Shown one piece after another: positions 1-11,669 of a stretch of DNA of 64,000 nucleotides. The notes beneath the pieces are model-generated. The model saw nothing but the letters and a program-made list of their open reading frames with translations, had not been told where the DNA came from and made no database searches. Made by a program: the position numbers and the translations under genes. The stretch covers positions 63,240,001 to 63,304,000 of the forward strand of contig OZ024746.1 of assembly GCA_964016885.1 (NCBI GenBank), in the 5' to 3' direction. The stretch is from Eledone cirrhosa (lineage: Eukaryota). The number at the start of each line of letters is the position of its first letter. The first letter of the stretch is position 1.

Positions 1-225
1 ATATATATTTATTTATATATGGATATATATTTATTTATATATGGATATATATTTATTTATATATGGATATATATTTATTTATATATGGATATATATTTAT
101 TTATATATGGATATATATTTATTTATATATGGATATATATTTATTTATATATGTAAATATATATATATTTTTATTTATATATTTATGTATATTTATTTTT
201 ATATATATATTTATTTATATATATA
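1..225. repeat. AT-rich compound microsatellite (about 22-bp ATATATATTTATTTATATATGG units)
   Basis: Direct reading; the I/Y-rich ORFs here are translations of the repeat. Confidence 0.95.
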
Positions 226-1431
226 TCATCATCATCACCGTTTTACGTCCGTTCTTCCATGCTAGCATGGGTTAGACGGGTTGTCCTATTGTGGGCAGTG
301 TCTGGTCGGCTGACCATGCCTTGCTCATACAGGAACTGATTTTGGCTTGATTTTTAGAGCTGGATGCCCTTCCTCATTTACAGTGAGTGCTGGGTGCTTT
401 TTTCCGTGGCGCCTACATGTCCACTTTACAGTGTGGGCTGGGTGCTTTTTTTGCCATGGCACCTCCACGACTACTTTGCAGTGGGAGGGTGTGGGGGCAT
501 ATTGTCTATATGCTTCAGTTTGTACCCATGGGAGGTCGGGTACTCTGTATTACTGCGTGATGCCAGAGGTCACGGTCGTGTGTCATCGCCTTTGAGAGGT
601 GTAATTGGGTAAGGTCGGCTTTTATCACCTCATCCCAGGTCTTCTTGGGTCTCCCCACTCCGCGGTTTCCATTGACTTCTAGTGCTCTGCACCTTTTTAT
701 GCAGCTGTCATCCTTCATACGCATCACATGTCTATACCAAAGCAACCGCCTCTCCTGCACACAGCATTTGATTCCTCTTATGCCCAGTCTCTCTCTCAAT
801 TTATGCTTTGCCGTTTGCGTATATTACTATTACACATCCATTGGAGCATGCAGGCTTCGTTTCTTTCTAATCTACGTAAGTCTTCCACCTTCAGCGCCCA
901 GGTCTCACTACTATGTAACATTGCTGTTCGGATACACGCATCATACAGTCTGCCTTTCATTTTGAGGGAGAAGCCTTTTGCAGCTAGCAGTGGCAGTAGT
1001 TCCCTGAACTTCTTCCATCCCGTTCTTACCCTAGTTATTGTACTTTCTGAACACCTACCTCCGCTGCTAATTCGGTCACCTAGGTAGCAGAAGCTGTCTA
1101 CTGTTTCTACAGAGCCCTCCCAGAGATTGGTGGTACTTGTTTCCTGTGGCTGTTTGCTGCTTGCTGTCCCAGCACAGCTGCTACATGTGAAGCATACATT
1201 CTTAATTAAGCTTCCTGAGATCCCGCTACATCTCTTGTGTACCCATTGTTTGAATTTGGGGCAGAGAATGGAGTTCCTACCTACACCTTTCCTACATACT
1301 GAGCAAAGCCATTTCCCTGAGGGGATCTGGGTTCTGTTTTCTCATCTACTTTCAAGGACCTTAGTCTTTGTCAGGTTGACTTTGAGACCCTTTCTTTCTA
1401 GTCCCTGCTTCCAAGTTTGGAATTTCTTCTC
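226..1431 (-). mobile_element. 5'-truncated RTE-clade LINE derivative with extended 3' module and (GAT)n tail
   Basis: Minus-strand translation resembles the RTE C-terminus (ERRLLWYRHVMRM, GRPKKTWDEVIKADL) and the Cys/His finger of the LINE at 28-31 kb; ends in ...GGACGTAAAACGGTGATGATGATG; near-copy at 37612-38816. Confidence 0.9.
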
Positions 1432-1491
1432 TCTATATATATATTTATTTATTTATTTATATATATATATTTATTTATTTATATATATATT

Positions 1492-1522
<31 letters not shown>

Positions 1523-1545
1523 ATATATATATTTATATATATATT

Positions 1546-1576
<31 letters not shown>

Positions 1577-2173
1577 ATTTATTTATTTACATATATATAT
1601 TTATTTACATATATATATTTATATATATATATATTTATTTACATATATATATTTATTTATATATTTATTTACATATATATATTTATTTATATATGTATAT
1701 ATATATATTTATTTATATATTTATTTACATATATATATTTATTTATATATGTAGATATATATATATATTTATTTATATATGTATATATATATATATATAT
1801 TTATTTATATATGTATGTATATATATATATATATATTTATTTATATATGTATATATATATATATTTATTTATATATGTATATATATATATTTATTTATAT
1901 ATGTATATATATATATATTTATTTATATATGTATATATATATTTATTTATTTATATATGTATATATATATATTTATTTATATATGTATATATATATATAT
2001 TTATTTATATATGTATATATATATTTATTTATATATATATATATATATATTTATTTATATATGTATATATATATATATTTATTTATATATGTATATATAT
2101 ATATATTTATTTATATATGTATATATATATATATTTATTTATATATGTATATATATATATATATTTATATATG

Positions 2174-2212
<39 letters not shown>

Positions 2213-2580
2213 TTATTTATATATGTATATATATATATATATTTATATATGTATATATATATATATTTATTTATATATGTATATATATATATATTTATTT
2301 ATATATGTATATATATATATATTTATTTATATATGTATATATATATATATATTTATTTATATATGTATATATATATATATATTTATTTATATATGTATAT
2401 ATATATATATATTTATTTATATATGTATATATATATATATATTTATTTATATATGTATATATATATATATTTATTTATATATGTATATACATATATATTT
2501 ATTTATATACATATATATTTATTTATATATGTATATATATTATTTATATATGCATATATATATATATATATAGAGAGAGA
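1432..2580. repeat. (TA)n/TATT/TATG compound microsatellite
   Basis: Direct reading. Confidence 0.97.
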
Positions 2581-2587
2581 GTGAGAG

Positions 2588-2834
2588 TAAAGGATGCTGT
2601 GCTCATGCACAGAGATGGTATAAAATTACTTATAAAATAGGGTGAAGACCCTTAAAAGTTGGAAAAAGAAGTTGCCATTGGCAACTCATACTCCCAGGTA
2701 CTGGCTATTCTGGGAGATTTGAGCTTCAATTCCTCATAGCTGCTGATAGCAACTTCTTTTTCCGTGTTTTAAGGGTCTTCACTCTATTTTATAAGTTATT
2801 TTACGGCATCTCTACACGAGCGCAGCATCCTTTA
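2588..2834. mobile_element. Fold-back element with about 95-bp inverted arms and a tRNA-derived centre
   Basis: Left arm TAAAGGATGCTGTGCTC...GAAAAAGAAGTTGCCATTGGCAAC is the imperfect reverse complement of 2738-2834; the centre has a CTCCCAG/CTGGGAG stem and B-box-like GCTTCAATTCC; related copy at 61233-61405. Confidence 0.7.
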
Positions 2835-3392
2835 TATCATACTTCATGTTTAAAAATGACTAATATTCCAATTTATTATTACAATAAAGCAACTAAATTA
2901 GGTTTGTTAGTTGCTGTTGTTGCCAGAGATTTTTTTTTTTTTTTTTCTTTTATCATTTGTTCCTTTTTATTTTCACTTCCTTCTTCATCATTCCTGTAGA
3001 AAAAAAATATATATTTTCAAAAATGTGATTAGTTCTGATACTGTATGATCAATGGAAGAATATTCAAAATATTTGCACCAAGCTGATGACATCAGTTGAC
3101 TAATCCAGATGCTGGAGTTGATTCAGCATTCAACATCTCCAAGCATTTACAACCACCAGCCAAGCACTGTAGTTATATAATAGGAATTTCAATCCATCTT
3201 GTCCCCCTCTCTCTTCACTAAATGTAGAACATAGGCAATTCAATTGATGTTACTGCTTCTCTCATTGTAATGTCATAGCAGTTCATAACTTTTATAATGT
3301 CAAGTAATAGGATTGGTTTATACATGTCTTAGGTTTCTATGTCCCTGTGTGTGTGTGTCTATATATATATATGTGTGTGTGTATGTGTGTAT

Positions 3393-3720
3393 GGAGGCAC
3401 ATGGCTTAGTGGTTAGAGCATTGGCCTTGCAATCGAAAGGTTGTGAGTTCAATTCTCAGACCGGGTGATGTGTTGTTTCCTTGAGCAAGACACTTTATTT
3501 CACATTGCTCCAGTTTACTCAGCTGTAGAAATGAGATGATAGGGACTGGGGTCCATATCATTCCACTGTAAAGTGTACGTGTAGGCGCCATGGAAAAAAA
3601 AGCACCCAGCACTCACTGTAAATGAGGTTGGTGTTAGGAAGGGCATCCAGCTGTAGAAATCAAGCCAGAATCAGTTCCCGTCCCACCCTTGCAAGCAGGG
3701 AAAAGCGGACATGAAATGAA
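3393..3720 (+). mobile_element. tRNA-derived SINE (family A): tRNA head, CORE-like middle, RTE-derived bipartite tail
   Basis: A box TGGCTTAGTGG, B box GAGTTCAATTC, CCTTGAGCAAGACACTT middle; 3' end CCCACCCTTGCAAGCAGGGAAAAGCGGAC is identical to the 3' end of the RTE LINE at about 31024-31051. Confidence 0.88.
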
Positions 3721-5239
3721 TATATATAAAGATATCCTTGGTTAAAACTGCCATCATTCTGAAACATGATATAGCCTCTATTTTCTTAACCTGTTAGAAA
3801 TAGCAGCTAAGTTACCACCCTTCCTGAAAAAAAAAGATAAAAACTACATGTTACTATCTTATAAAGAAAATAAGTTAGAAAGTGCATTCCTAGATGGTCT
3901 GAACAAATAGGATAGTCATTGCTGGAAGATTTGATCTTAGGTTTACTCTAGTAAACCTAACCTAGGGCAAAATTAAGCACCATGATCTGTTCTTTAATTT
4001 GAAAGCCCTACTGTATACCTCCTTTGAGTGAGAAATTTCTAACCAGTTTTCAATTTGCAGTGATAGCCATTACCTCACATACTACACTTTTTTTATTAGT
4101 TTCTTTTACTCCCTATGGAGCATTGGTCAGTGAGAAACATCCAGCCCATGCATTTGCAAGCCTTGTTGCAGGCCAGGCTTAGGTCTGCCTAGTTTTCTTC
4201 CATAGAACTCAACTAGGTCTTTATTGGTTTGCCATTGCTTCCATTCTGGAGAGGCCCTCATTAATCTCTTCATGGACATGTGCAGAACCAAGTGTAGAAC
4301 TGTTGTTTCTGTAACAATTTTGACTAATGGAGGAAGGTTGCTGGCTTCATGCTCCATCCTTCTCAACACAGACTGAACACTAATCTAGCATTCCACAGTC
4401 AAGTGAATGGGAGTGCCCATATCACTGGATAGTCTCGTTCCAGCCCGAGCTAGCTGAGCCTGGGATTCAAATCATTTCCCTCTATTTTTAAAGGAACATT
4501 AGATAACTGTCCAGTATTATCTATACTAATTCCCTATATAAAAGCAAGAATCAAATACAATTCTCATTTCTCTATAAATCTGAGTTGTAGTATCCAAGTA
4601 ATGAATATTAGGTATTTTGTAAGTTTTTAGGCTTCTCGAAGTAGTGAGTTAGACACCCATCAGTTACGAATGACCATAGAATTTGCACCTTGAAAGTTCT
4701 CTTTTGAGGCACAACCTCAGTCAAGGTGTTTTTGTGGGAGACCAGCAGTCTCCCTTCTCTACACCACCGATGTTGTCCAAGGGAAAGGCAAAGGCTGATA
4801 CATCTCACAAACACTCTAACCACTAAGTCACACACCCTTTTAGGGTTAGTAGTGATTAATAATACATTTAGCAGTAATTTCTTTATTTTTGGTTTAAGTT
4901 TTGTTGAAGCAGCAGCAGCACAACCCTATACCTCTGGACAATACTCCTATTTCTGAATGGTCTTTTGGATTTATCTTTTGACTACAGCTGGAAAATATTA
5001 ATGCCGGAAGCTACATATTAGTGTTGTATTATCTAACACATGCCAACAACTCCATATCAGCAATTAAATAAGGGAGTGGAATGTAACTATCTATATTTAC
5101 CTTTTTGTATTATCAAATAGCTCCATCTCTGTTTTCATTTTGTGGTTCTTTGTGAGGTTTCTATTGTCTAACCATGGTGTAGAAACTTTTACAGAAAAAA
5201 AATTTTACATCAAAATTTACTTTTAATGAAAGAAAAGGA

Positions 5240-5720
5240 AGTTCTGGTGCCACAATAAAATGCACCCAGTCCACTCTGTAAAGGGGTAGTGATGGTGCTA
5301 TAATAAAATTCGCCCATTTGGCACTGTAAGGTGGTAGTGCTGGTGCCAGAATAAAGAATACCTAGTCCACCCTGTAAAGTGATAATGCCAAAGGCATGAT
5401 AAAAGGTACTCAGCCCACTCTATAAAGTGGTAGTGCTGGTGTCCCGATAAAAGCACGCTGTCAGCATTGTAAGGCGGTAGTGCTGGTGCCATAAATAAAG
5501 CACCCAGTCCACCCTGTAAGGTGGTAATGCCAGAAGCATGATAAAATGCTTCTCGTACATGCTGTGAAAGGGTTGGCATTAGGAATGGTATCCGACTATA
5601 GAAACCAAATTAAAATTCAGCATACAAGCAAGATGTCACCTGACCAGTTTAGCATCAGAACGTAACAACCTATCTAATCAATGCATATGTATGGAAAATA
5701 GATGTTAGTGATGATGATGG
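5240..5720 (+). mobile_element. Non-autonomous RTE-related element with about 7 degenerate tandem copies of a 45-47-bp unit and (GAT)n tail
   Basis: Repeated AAAGCACCCAGTCCACTCTGTAAAGTGGTAGTGCTGGTGCC-like unit, also present once in the RTE 5' UTR (about 27870-27920); ends TGGAAAATAGATGTTAGTGATGATGATG. Confidence 0.7.
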
Positions 5721-5905
5721 AGAATGACTTAGTTGTTGACAAACTTAGTATTCAAAAATAAATGCCTACCTCAAGCATTGACTGGGGACACTTAAAGATG
5801 TTAAATAACTCTACTTATATATATTGATGCTGTCTAAACTAAACTAAGATTTGCCATACTGTCAAATCTATCAAAAGCGTTTACATGGTTAGCAAAACTG
5901 TTTAA

Positions 5906-6123
5906 CCCTTTAGCATTCACATTACTCTATATATACTATTATATGTTCATGGTAAGGGCTTTACCTCGCATAATTATCTCACATAATATTGAATCTGAGA
6001 TTTTGAAAGTATTTATTTTGAGAACAATACCTTAACATCAGTTTGAGTGACCAGTTACAGCCAGTTTCAACAGAAAGAGGTAGAGAATTCTGGCCGGTTT
6101 TGGCTGGTTTGAACATTAAAGGG
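5906..6123 (+). mobile_element. piggyBac-type MITE family 1 (TTAA TSD)
   Basis: TTAA-CCCTTTAGCATT...ATTAAAGGG-TTAA; 8 copies in the window. Confidence 0.85.
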
Positions 6124-6337
6124 TTAATGTAGTAGTTAAATCTGAACTTTTCAAATTTGAACCATATGTAACAGGCCACAAAAAAATTCCCACAAACAGT
6201 TACAATAGTAAAAAAGAAGTAATGAGTTTAGAAGTCAACACATGCAATGCAGATTATATATATATAGCATCATTATTATCATTATCATCATTTAACATCC
6301 GTTTTCTCTGCTAGCAAGGATTGGACACATACGTGCA

Positions 6338-6388
<51 letters not shown>

Positions 6389-6911
6389 ATGCATCATCAT
6401 CTTACATCCACTTTCCATGTTGGTATGGATTGAATGGCTTGTTTCAGTCTGTTAATTCTAGAGTATCAGATGAAATGATTTGTGGTATTTTAGTTACGAT
6501 TTTCTAACGTTCTGAGTTCAAATTCTGCCAAGAGTAACTTTGCTTTTCATCCTTCTGGGGTTGATAAAAAAAAAGAACCAGTCAAGTACTGAGGTTAATT
6601 TAATCAACTTTGCTCTTTTCTCAAATTGCTGACCTTGTGTATGTAGTAGTAGTAGTAGCAACAGCTGTAGTTTGAGCATAAGCAATATAACACCTACTTG
6701 TTCTGTGAAATACCTGACTTGTGCCAAGATGAAACTTGGTTAATTAAATAAATAAATAAATAAAATGAAATTTTGGATATACGACAGATACCTTCAAGGT
6801 TTCTGGGTCAATAACGGAAAAGGATGTATAAAATCTAATATTACTTCTGGGGTTTGGTTTTGATATAACTATTAAATATCTCTGTCTCTGTCCACATTTG
6901 AATACGTATAT

Positions 6912-7262
6912 GAACGTGTAGGTATCTATTCATTTGTGTATGTATATGTGTATTTCTGTGTGCATGTATTTGTATGTGTGAACGTGTAGGTATCTATTCA
7001 TTTGTGTATGTATATGTGTATTTCTGTGTGCATGTATTTGTATGTGTGAATGTGTAGGTATCTATTCATTTGTGTATGTATATGTGTATTTCTGTGTGCA
7101 TGTATTTGTATGTGTGAATGTGTAGGTATCTATTCATTTGTGTATGTATATGTGTATTTCTGTGTGCATGTATTTGTATGTGTATGTGTGAACATGTAGG
7201 TATCTATTCATTTGTGTATGTGTATTTGTGTGTGTGCATGTATCTGTATGTGTCTATTTATG
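6912..7262. repeat. 68-bp minisatellite, about 5 copies
   Basis: GAACGTGTAGGTATCTATTCATTTGTGTATG... recurs at 6912, 6980, 7048, 7116, 7190. Confidence 0.9.
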
Positions 7263-8039
7263 TGTATGTATGTGTCTATATGTGTATATATGTATAATAT
7301 ACATAAAATGGGATTACTAATGCATACATACATACATACATATTATTATACATAATGTATATATATATATAAAGGGACAATAAGAATTCCAGCTTTATAC
7401 ACACACACGCACATAAATGTATATATATATATATATATGTGTATGTATGTATATATATATATATATAGTACATTGTTTTGACAATGAAAATGAGGGACTT
7501 AACTAGATCCCTATGTAGTTATTACATATGTTGACTTCAAAAAGGCAGTTTTATTGTTGTATGCCCTGAACTTTATATGACCCCATTGATTAAACTATTA
7601 TAGTTAAATGAAATATTCTGAAGTACTTCCACTTCGTATTACTTAGTGCAATGATTTTCCATTCCACACAATAGACGAAACTAAATATAAATTTGTTTGT
7701 ATGTATGTTTGTTCTCCTTCCTGATAGCTTGAACATTTAACTATTAACATCCTGTAATGGTTTGTTAATTCAAATGATTATTGTATCTTTACTATTGACT
7801 GTTGTCAGAACGTTGAATAAAAAGATTATGATGTTCGTTCTGGTTGTCTGCAACCTGAATTCAAAAACCCACAGGGGTTAACTTTGCCCTCCTTCCTTTT
7901 GAGGTTGATTAAATAACTATGTCTAGTACTGGCGTCGATTCTTCCTCTCAGGGTTAAATTTGCATTTCTTCTTCCTTTCGAAGTCGACGAAAAAAAAAAA
8001 TATGTCTAGCATTGGAGTCGATTCTTCCTCTATTTCTCC

Positions 8040-8720
8040 ATTCTGGAATAAAACAGCTGTGTCGAGGGCTAGGAAGGGGGTGGTTCCGCCAAGTTTAAAA
8101 TGCCTGTGGCATGCTGTATGCTACTGCGGCGTCCCTGCAACTCCAGCAGGAGTTACGGGTTTATACAGAGACTAGTGAACAAGGTTGTTGTGAAAATTTG
8201 CAGCATTAGACTAAATAAATACTATTTAATGCGATTCTGTCATATTGCTGTTTTGTACGTTTTGAAAACGTCTTGCTGAAGCGGTTTCGTGTGGTAGAGG
8301 ACGTTAAGTGTTAAATATGTTTAGTGAGACCAAACAACTCGCCACATTGTGGCTTATTGTTGGTTGGATTAAGGTACATGTAAGGTCTGGGTCACAAACA
8401 ATTAGCATTGGCTGTTTATGAACGTGTTACGTTAGCTGCCGTGGTCTCGTGTGTTAGTTGCTTTGATCTCGTATGTTAGTTGCTGTCATATTAGCTGTTG
8501 TGCGTGATCTTGTGATGTTAACCGCTGTAATTCTCTTTTCTGACGTTATCTGCTGACGTTATTCTTGTGACGCTGACCGTAGTTATATAATTTGATGTTT
8601 GTTGTGGTCGTCTCGTGACGTTAACGTATACATTCGGCAAACGACGTTGGCGATGATAATCTGCACGTGACTTTAGTTCATACGAAAGACATGTGACGTT
8701 GGCGACCACAGTCCGCACGT
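8040..8720 (+). promoter_or_regulatory. CpG-rich putative promoter / first non-coding exon region of the + strand gene
   Basis: Local CpG enrichment in a CpG-depleted background, several TGACGT motifs, 7.5 kb upstream of an acceptor-flanked ATG exon that needs an upstream first exon; TSS cannot be placed. Confidence 0.5.
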
Positions 8721-8724
8721 GAGA

Positions 8725-9020
8725 TGGCTAATACCGGAGGCACGCGATGTTGGCTAATGCCGTAGACACGCGACGTTGGCTAATACCGTAGGCACGCGAT
8801 GTTGGCTAATACCGTAGGCACGCGATGTTGGCTAATGCCGTAGACACGCGATGTTGGCTAATACCGTAGGCACGCGATGTTGGCTAATACCGTAGGCACG
8901 CGATGTTGGCTATTACCTTAGACACGCGACGTTGGCTATTACCTTAGACACGTGACGTTGGCTATTACCTTAGACACGTGACGTTGGCTATTACCTTAGA
9001 CACGTGACGTTGGCTATTAC
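8725..9020. repeat. 26-bp CpG-rich minisatellite, about 11.4 copies
   Basis: TGGCTAATACCGTAGGCACGCGATGT with period 26 (8725, 8751, 8777 ... 9011); degenerate units extend left to about 8640. Confidence 0.93.
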
Positions 9021-10235
9021 GCTCAAAATGCTGCAACGATTTTTTTTAGGTATTTGCTGCGTTTATAAACGAAGAGAGGTTACCTGCATATTTTTTTTTC
9101 TCTAACATAATAAATTCTACTGATAGATCGATCCAGTCATCTTCTAGGCACCTGTTGGAAGGGTTAACCAAACCTAAGTAATAAGAGCACTATTCAACTG
9201 TAATGACAGGGTTTCAAATCAACTATTTGACAAACTGTTTTTAGCAGCCAATTATTTAAAGTAATAGAAGATAAAAGAAAAGTCAAATTCTAGGAAATTA
9301 GTGAAAGTATGTAAGCATATCATAATTACAAAAGGTTTTAAAACGTTTGGTGGGTTGGGGGGGGGGGGGGGGGCTTTCTTGGAGAGATAGATGAAAGAAG
9401 TGGAAGTTATATAGACAATCCAACAGGTGTTTTAAGGATATTTCACCCTGATAATGCAGAGATTAATGTTGAAGGCTTTGAGAAGTTTCATGATGTCGTT
9501 TTTGAATCAATGTTTTATGGCCAGATGCCATTCTTGGTCTCAATCCTTTTAGTCTCTTACAACATGCAGGAATGTAGTGTGCCGTTTCTAAACCAGATAC
9601 AACATGGAAATTATATAGACAATACACAAATGTTTAACCCTAAAGTTGCAAAAATGGTTAAGTATAAGACTAAATATCTGTATTTAGTTCTGTTCTTGTG
9701 TGTCTGAGTTCAGATCCTACCTGGAATTAATATATCAATTATCTGCTTAGATTAATTCAAATAACATTTAGCCACCAGCCCCCACTCCACCTTTTTTCCC
9801 TCCCAAATCTGTTGTAGTTGTAATAGTCACCCAGCAAGCAACAGATATATGGGAGTTCAAATTACGTCTGTAGTACTGTTATTCTTTTCTGTTTCAGATT
9901 TGTTCTTATAATATTTAATATCACTCAGGAAAGTTCAGTTACTTTTGTAGTTCTATATAAAAATAGTTAAAAAGAGCAATATTTGTTGTTGTTAATTCCT
10001 AGATAACTGTAATGCAAAGGACTGGCGTGAACTCCCACATTTGTTGTTGATACTTCTACCCTACTACATTAGTTTTAGTTAAGTTGCTGTGATTGACTTC
10101 TCTGTCATAGTCATATAAATCTTATGAATGTTCTGTTTCTCTCTCTCTCTCTCCTCACTATTGTCTAATCCTCTCTCCTACACATTAACCTTTTTAACTA
10201 AGAATTCAATAAGAAAGTAAAGGTAGATGGATTAA

Positions 10236-10601
10236 TCATCATCATCATCATCATTTTACGTCTGCTTTTCCCTGTTTGCAAGGGTGGGACAGGAACTGAT
10301 TCTGGCTTGATTTCTACAGCTGGATGCCCTTCCTAACACCAACCTCATTTACAGTGAGCGCTGTGTGCTTTTTTTCCATGGCGCCTACACGTCCACTTTA
10401 CAGTGTGGGCTGGGTGCTTTTTTGCCATGGCACCTCCACGACCACTTTGAGTGGAATGATAGGGACCCCAGTCCTATCATCTCATTTCTACAGCTGAGTA
10501 AACTGGAGCTCAAGGAAACAACACATCACCCGGTCTGAGAATTGAACTTGCCACCTTTTGATTGCAAGGCCAATGCTCTAACCACTAAGCCATGTGTCTC
10601 C
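10236..10601 (-). mobile_element. tRNA-derived SINE family A (small internal deletion)
   Basis: Reverse complement of 3393-3720, with (CAT)n tail. Confidence 0.88.
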
Positions 10602-10940
10602 ATAATATAAACTAAAATCAAATCACACGAGTGAAACCTTAATAACCCCAAATTATTAATATGAAAAACGATGGGGACAATGTTAGTCACTGACTTGTTT
10701 AAGGAGATTAAATCAGCGCACGCATATATATACCCTACAGTAATCCCTAAGATATACATTTGATATGCTTAAGCTCAAACTATAATAAGATAAAGGATCG
10801 GAGAGAGGGGCACAAAGGATTTTCTATCCCTTCTATATAGATACACCACCAAGTTTTATATTTTAAGCTAGTACACTACTTCAGATACAGTTAATATTTC
10901 TCACTTGTAATGTATTTTCTAAATCTGTCATTGGATTTAA

Positions 10941-11140
10941 CCTTTTTAATACCAAACTGCCTGAAACTACCCATAGTTTTGATACAAAGCTGTTTATTTT
11001 AAAGTCTGTATATTTATTTAAAAAATCTTCCATTATAATTTTATGTAAGAACCTTTATTAATGTATGCTCCAAACACTAGCTTAATAAAAAGAAAGTTTA
11101 TTTTACTAAATCCTCCAATTTCTTGAAAATTATTGGTAGT
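10941..11140 (+). mobile_element. piggyBac-type MITE family 2 (degenerate)
   Basis: TTAA-CCTTTTTAATACC...TTCCATTATAATTTTATGTAAGAACC; related to 57700-57931 and to copies near 20.8-21.1, 40.3-40.7 and 44.0-44.3 kb. Confidence 0.6.
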
Positions 11141-11490
11141 GTTTTATTAGGTACTTTTTAATGGTGTCCTTAGCAGAATCCACTCTGTCACAAGAATTCA
11201 AATGAGATCTCTGATCTGAGGATGATTTAATACCACCTTGTGTGTGACAACATGGTGTTGGTGTCATGATAAAATGTATCCAGTACACTCTGAAAAATGG
11301 GCTTATTATTGCAGAAATACTATTTATAGTTTCTTACTTGTGGTAGAATTATTGCTTTTAGAGTTGTCAGGTGTAGTGGAGCAACAGTCCATCATTGTGT
11401 AAGGTTGTCAAATAATTTTGAAAATATTCAAGATTTTTTAGGGATTTAGTGATAAACACTTTCTCATTCTTAAGTTGGTGTTTGGAGAAG

Positions 11491-11669
11491 TATCTGGCCA
11501 GAATTCTCTCACCTCTTTCTGTTCAAACCGGCTGTAACTGGCTGCTCATACTGATATGGTATTTTTCTCAAAATAAATATCAAAATCTCATAGATTCAAT
11601 ATTATGTGAGATAAAGTGTTTACCGTGAAAATACAATAGTAAATATAGAGTAATGTAAATGTTAAAGGG
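11491..11669 (-). mobile_element. piggyBac-type MITE family 1, partial
   Basis: Reverse complement of 5906-6123, ends AAAGGG-TTAA. Confidence 0.8.

Noticed and set aside
728-1087. Plus-strand ORFs over RTE fragments (also 37793-38488 and minus ORFs at 29103-31090)
   Set aside because: Antisense shadows of RTE coding sequence
1127-2640. Long I/Y-rich ORFs (also 50070-50575 and 52350-55331)
   Set aside because: Stop-free translations of (TA)n compound microsatellites; no splice signals or protein-like composition
3393-3465. Functional tRNA genes at SINE heads (also 39125, 58406)
   Set aside because: Stems are broken and each runs into a multi-copy SINE body
8725-9020. CRISPR-like regular repeat array
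   Set aside because: Units are contiguous with no unique spacers, context is eukaryotic and no cas genes are present; the same applies to 21165-21998 and 32270-33260
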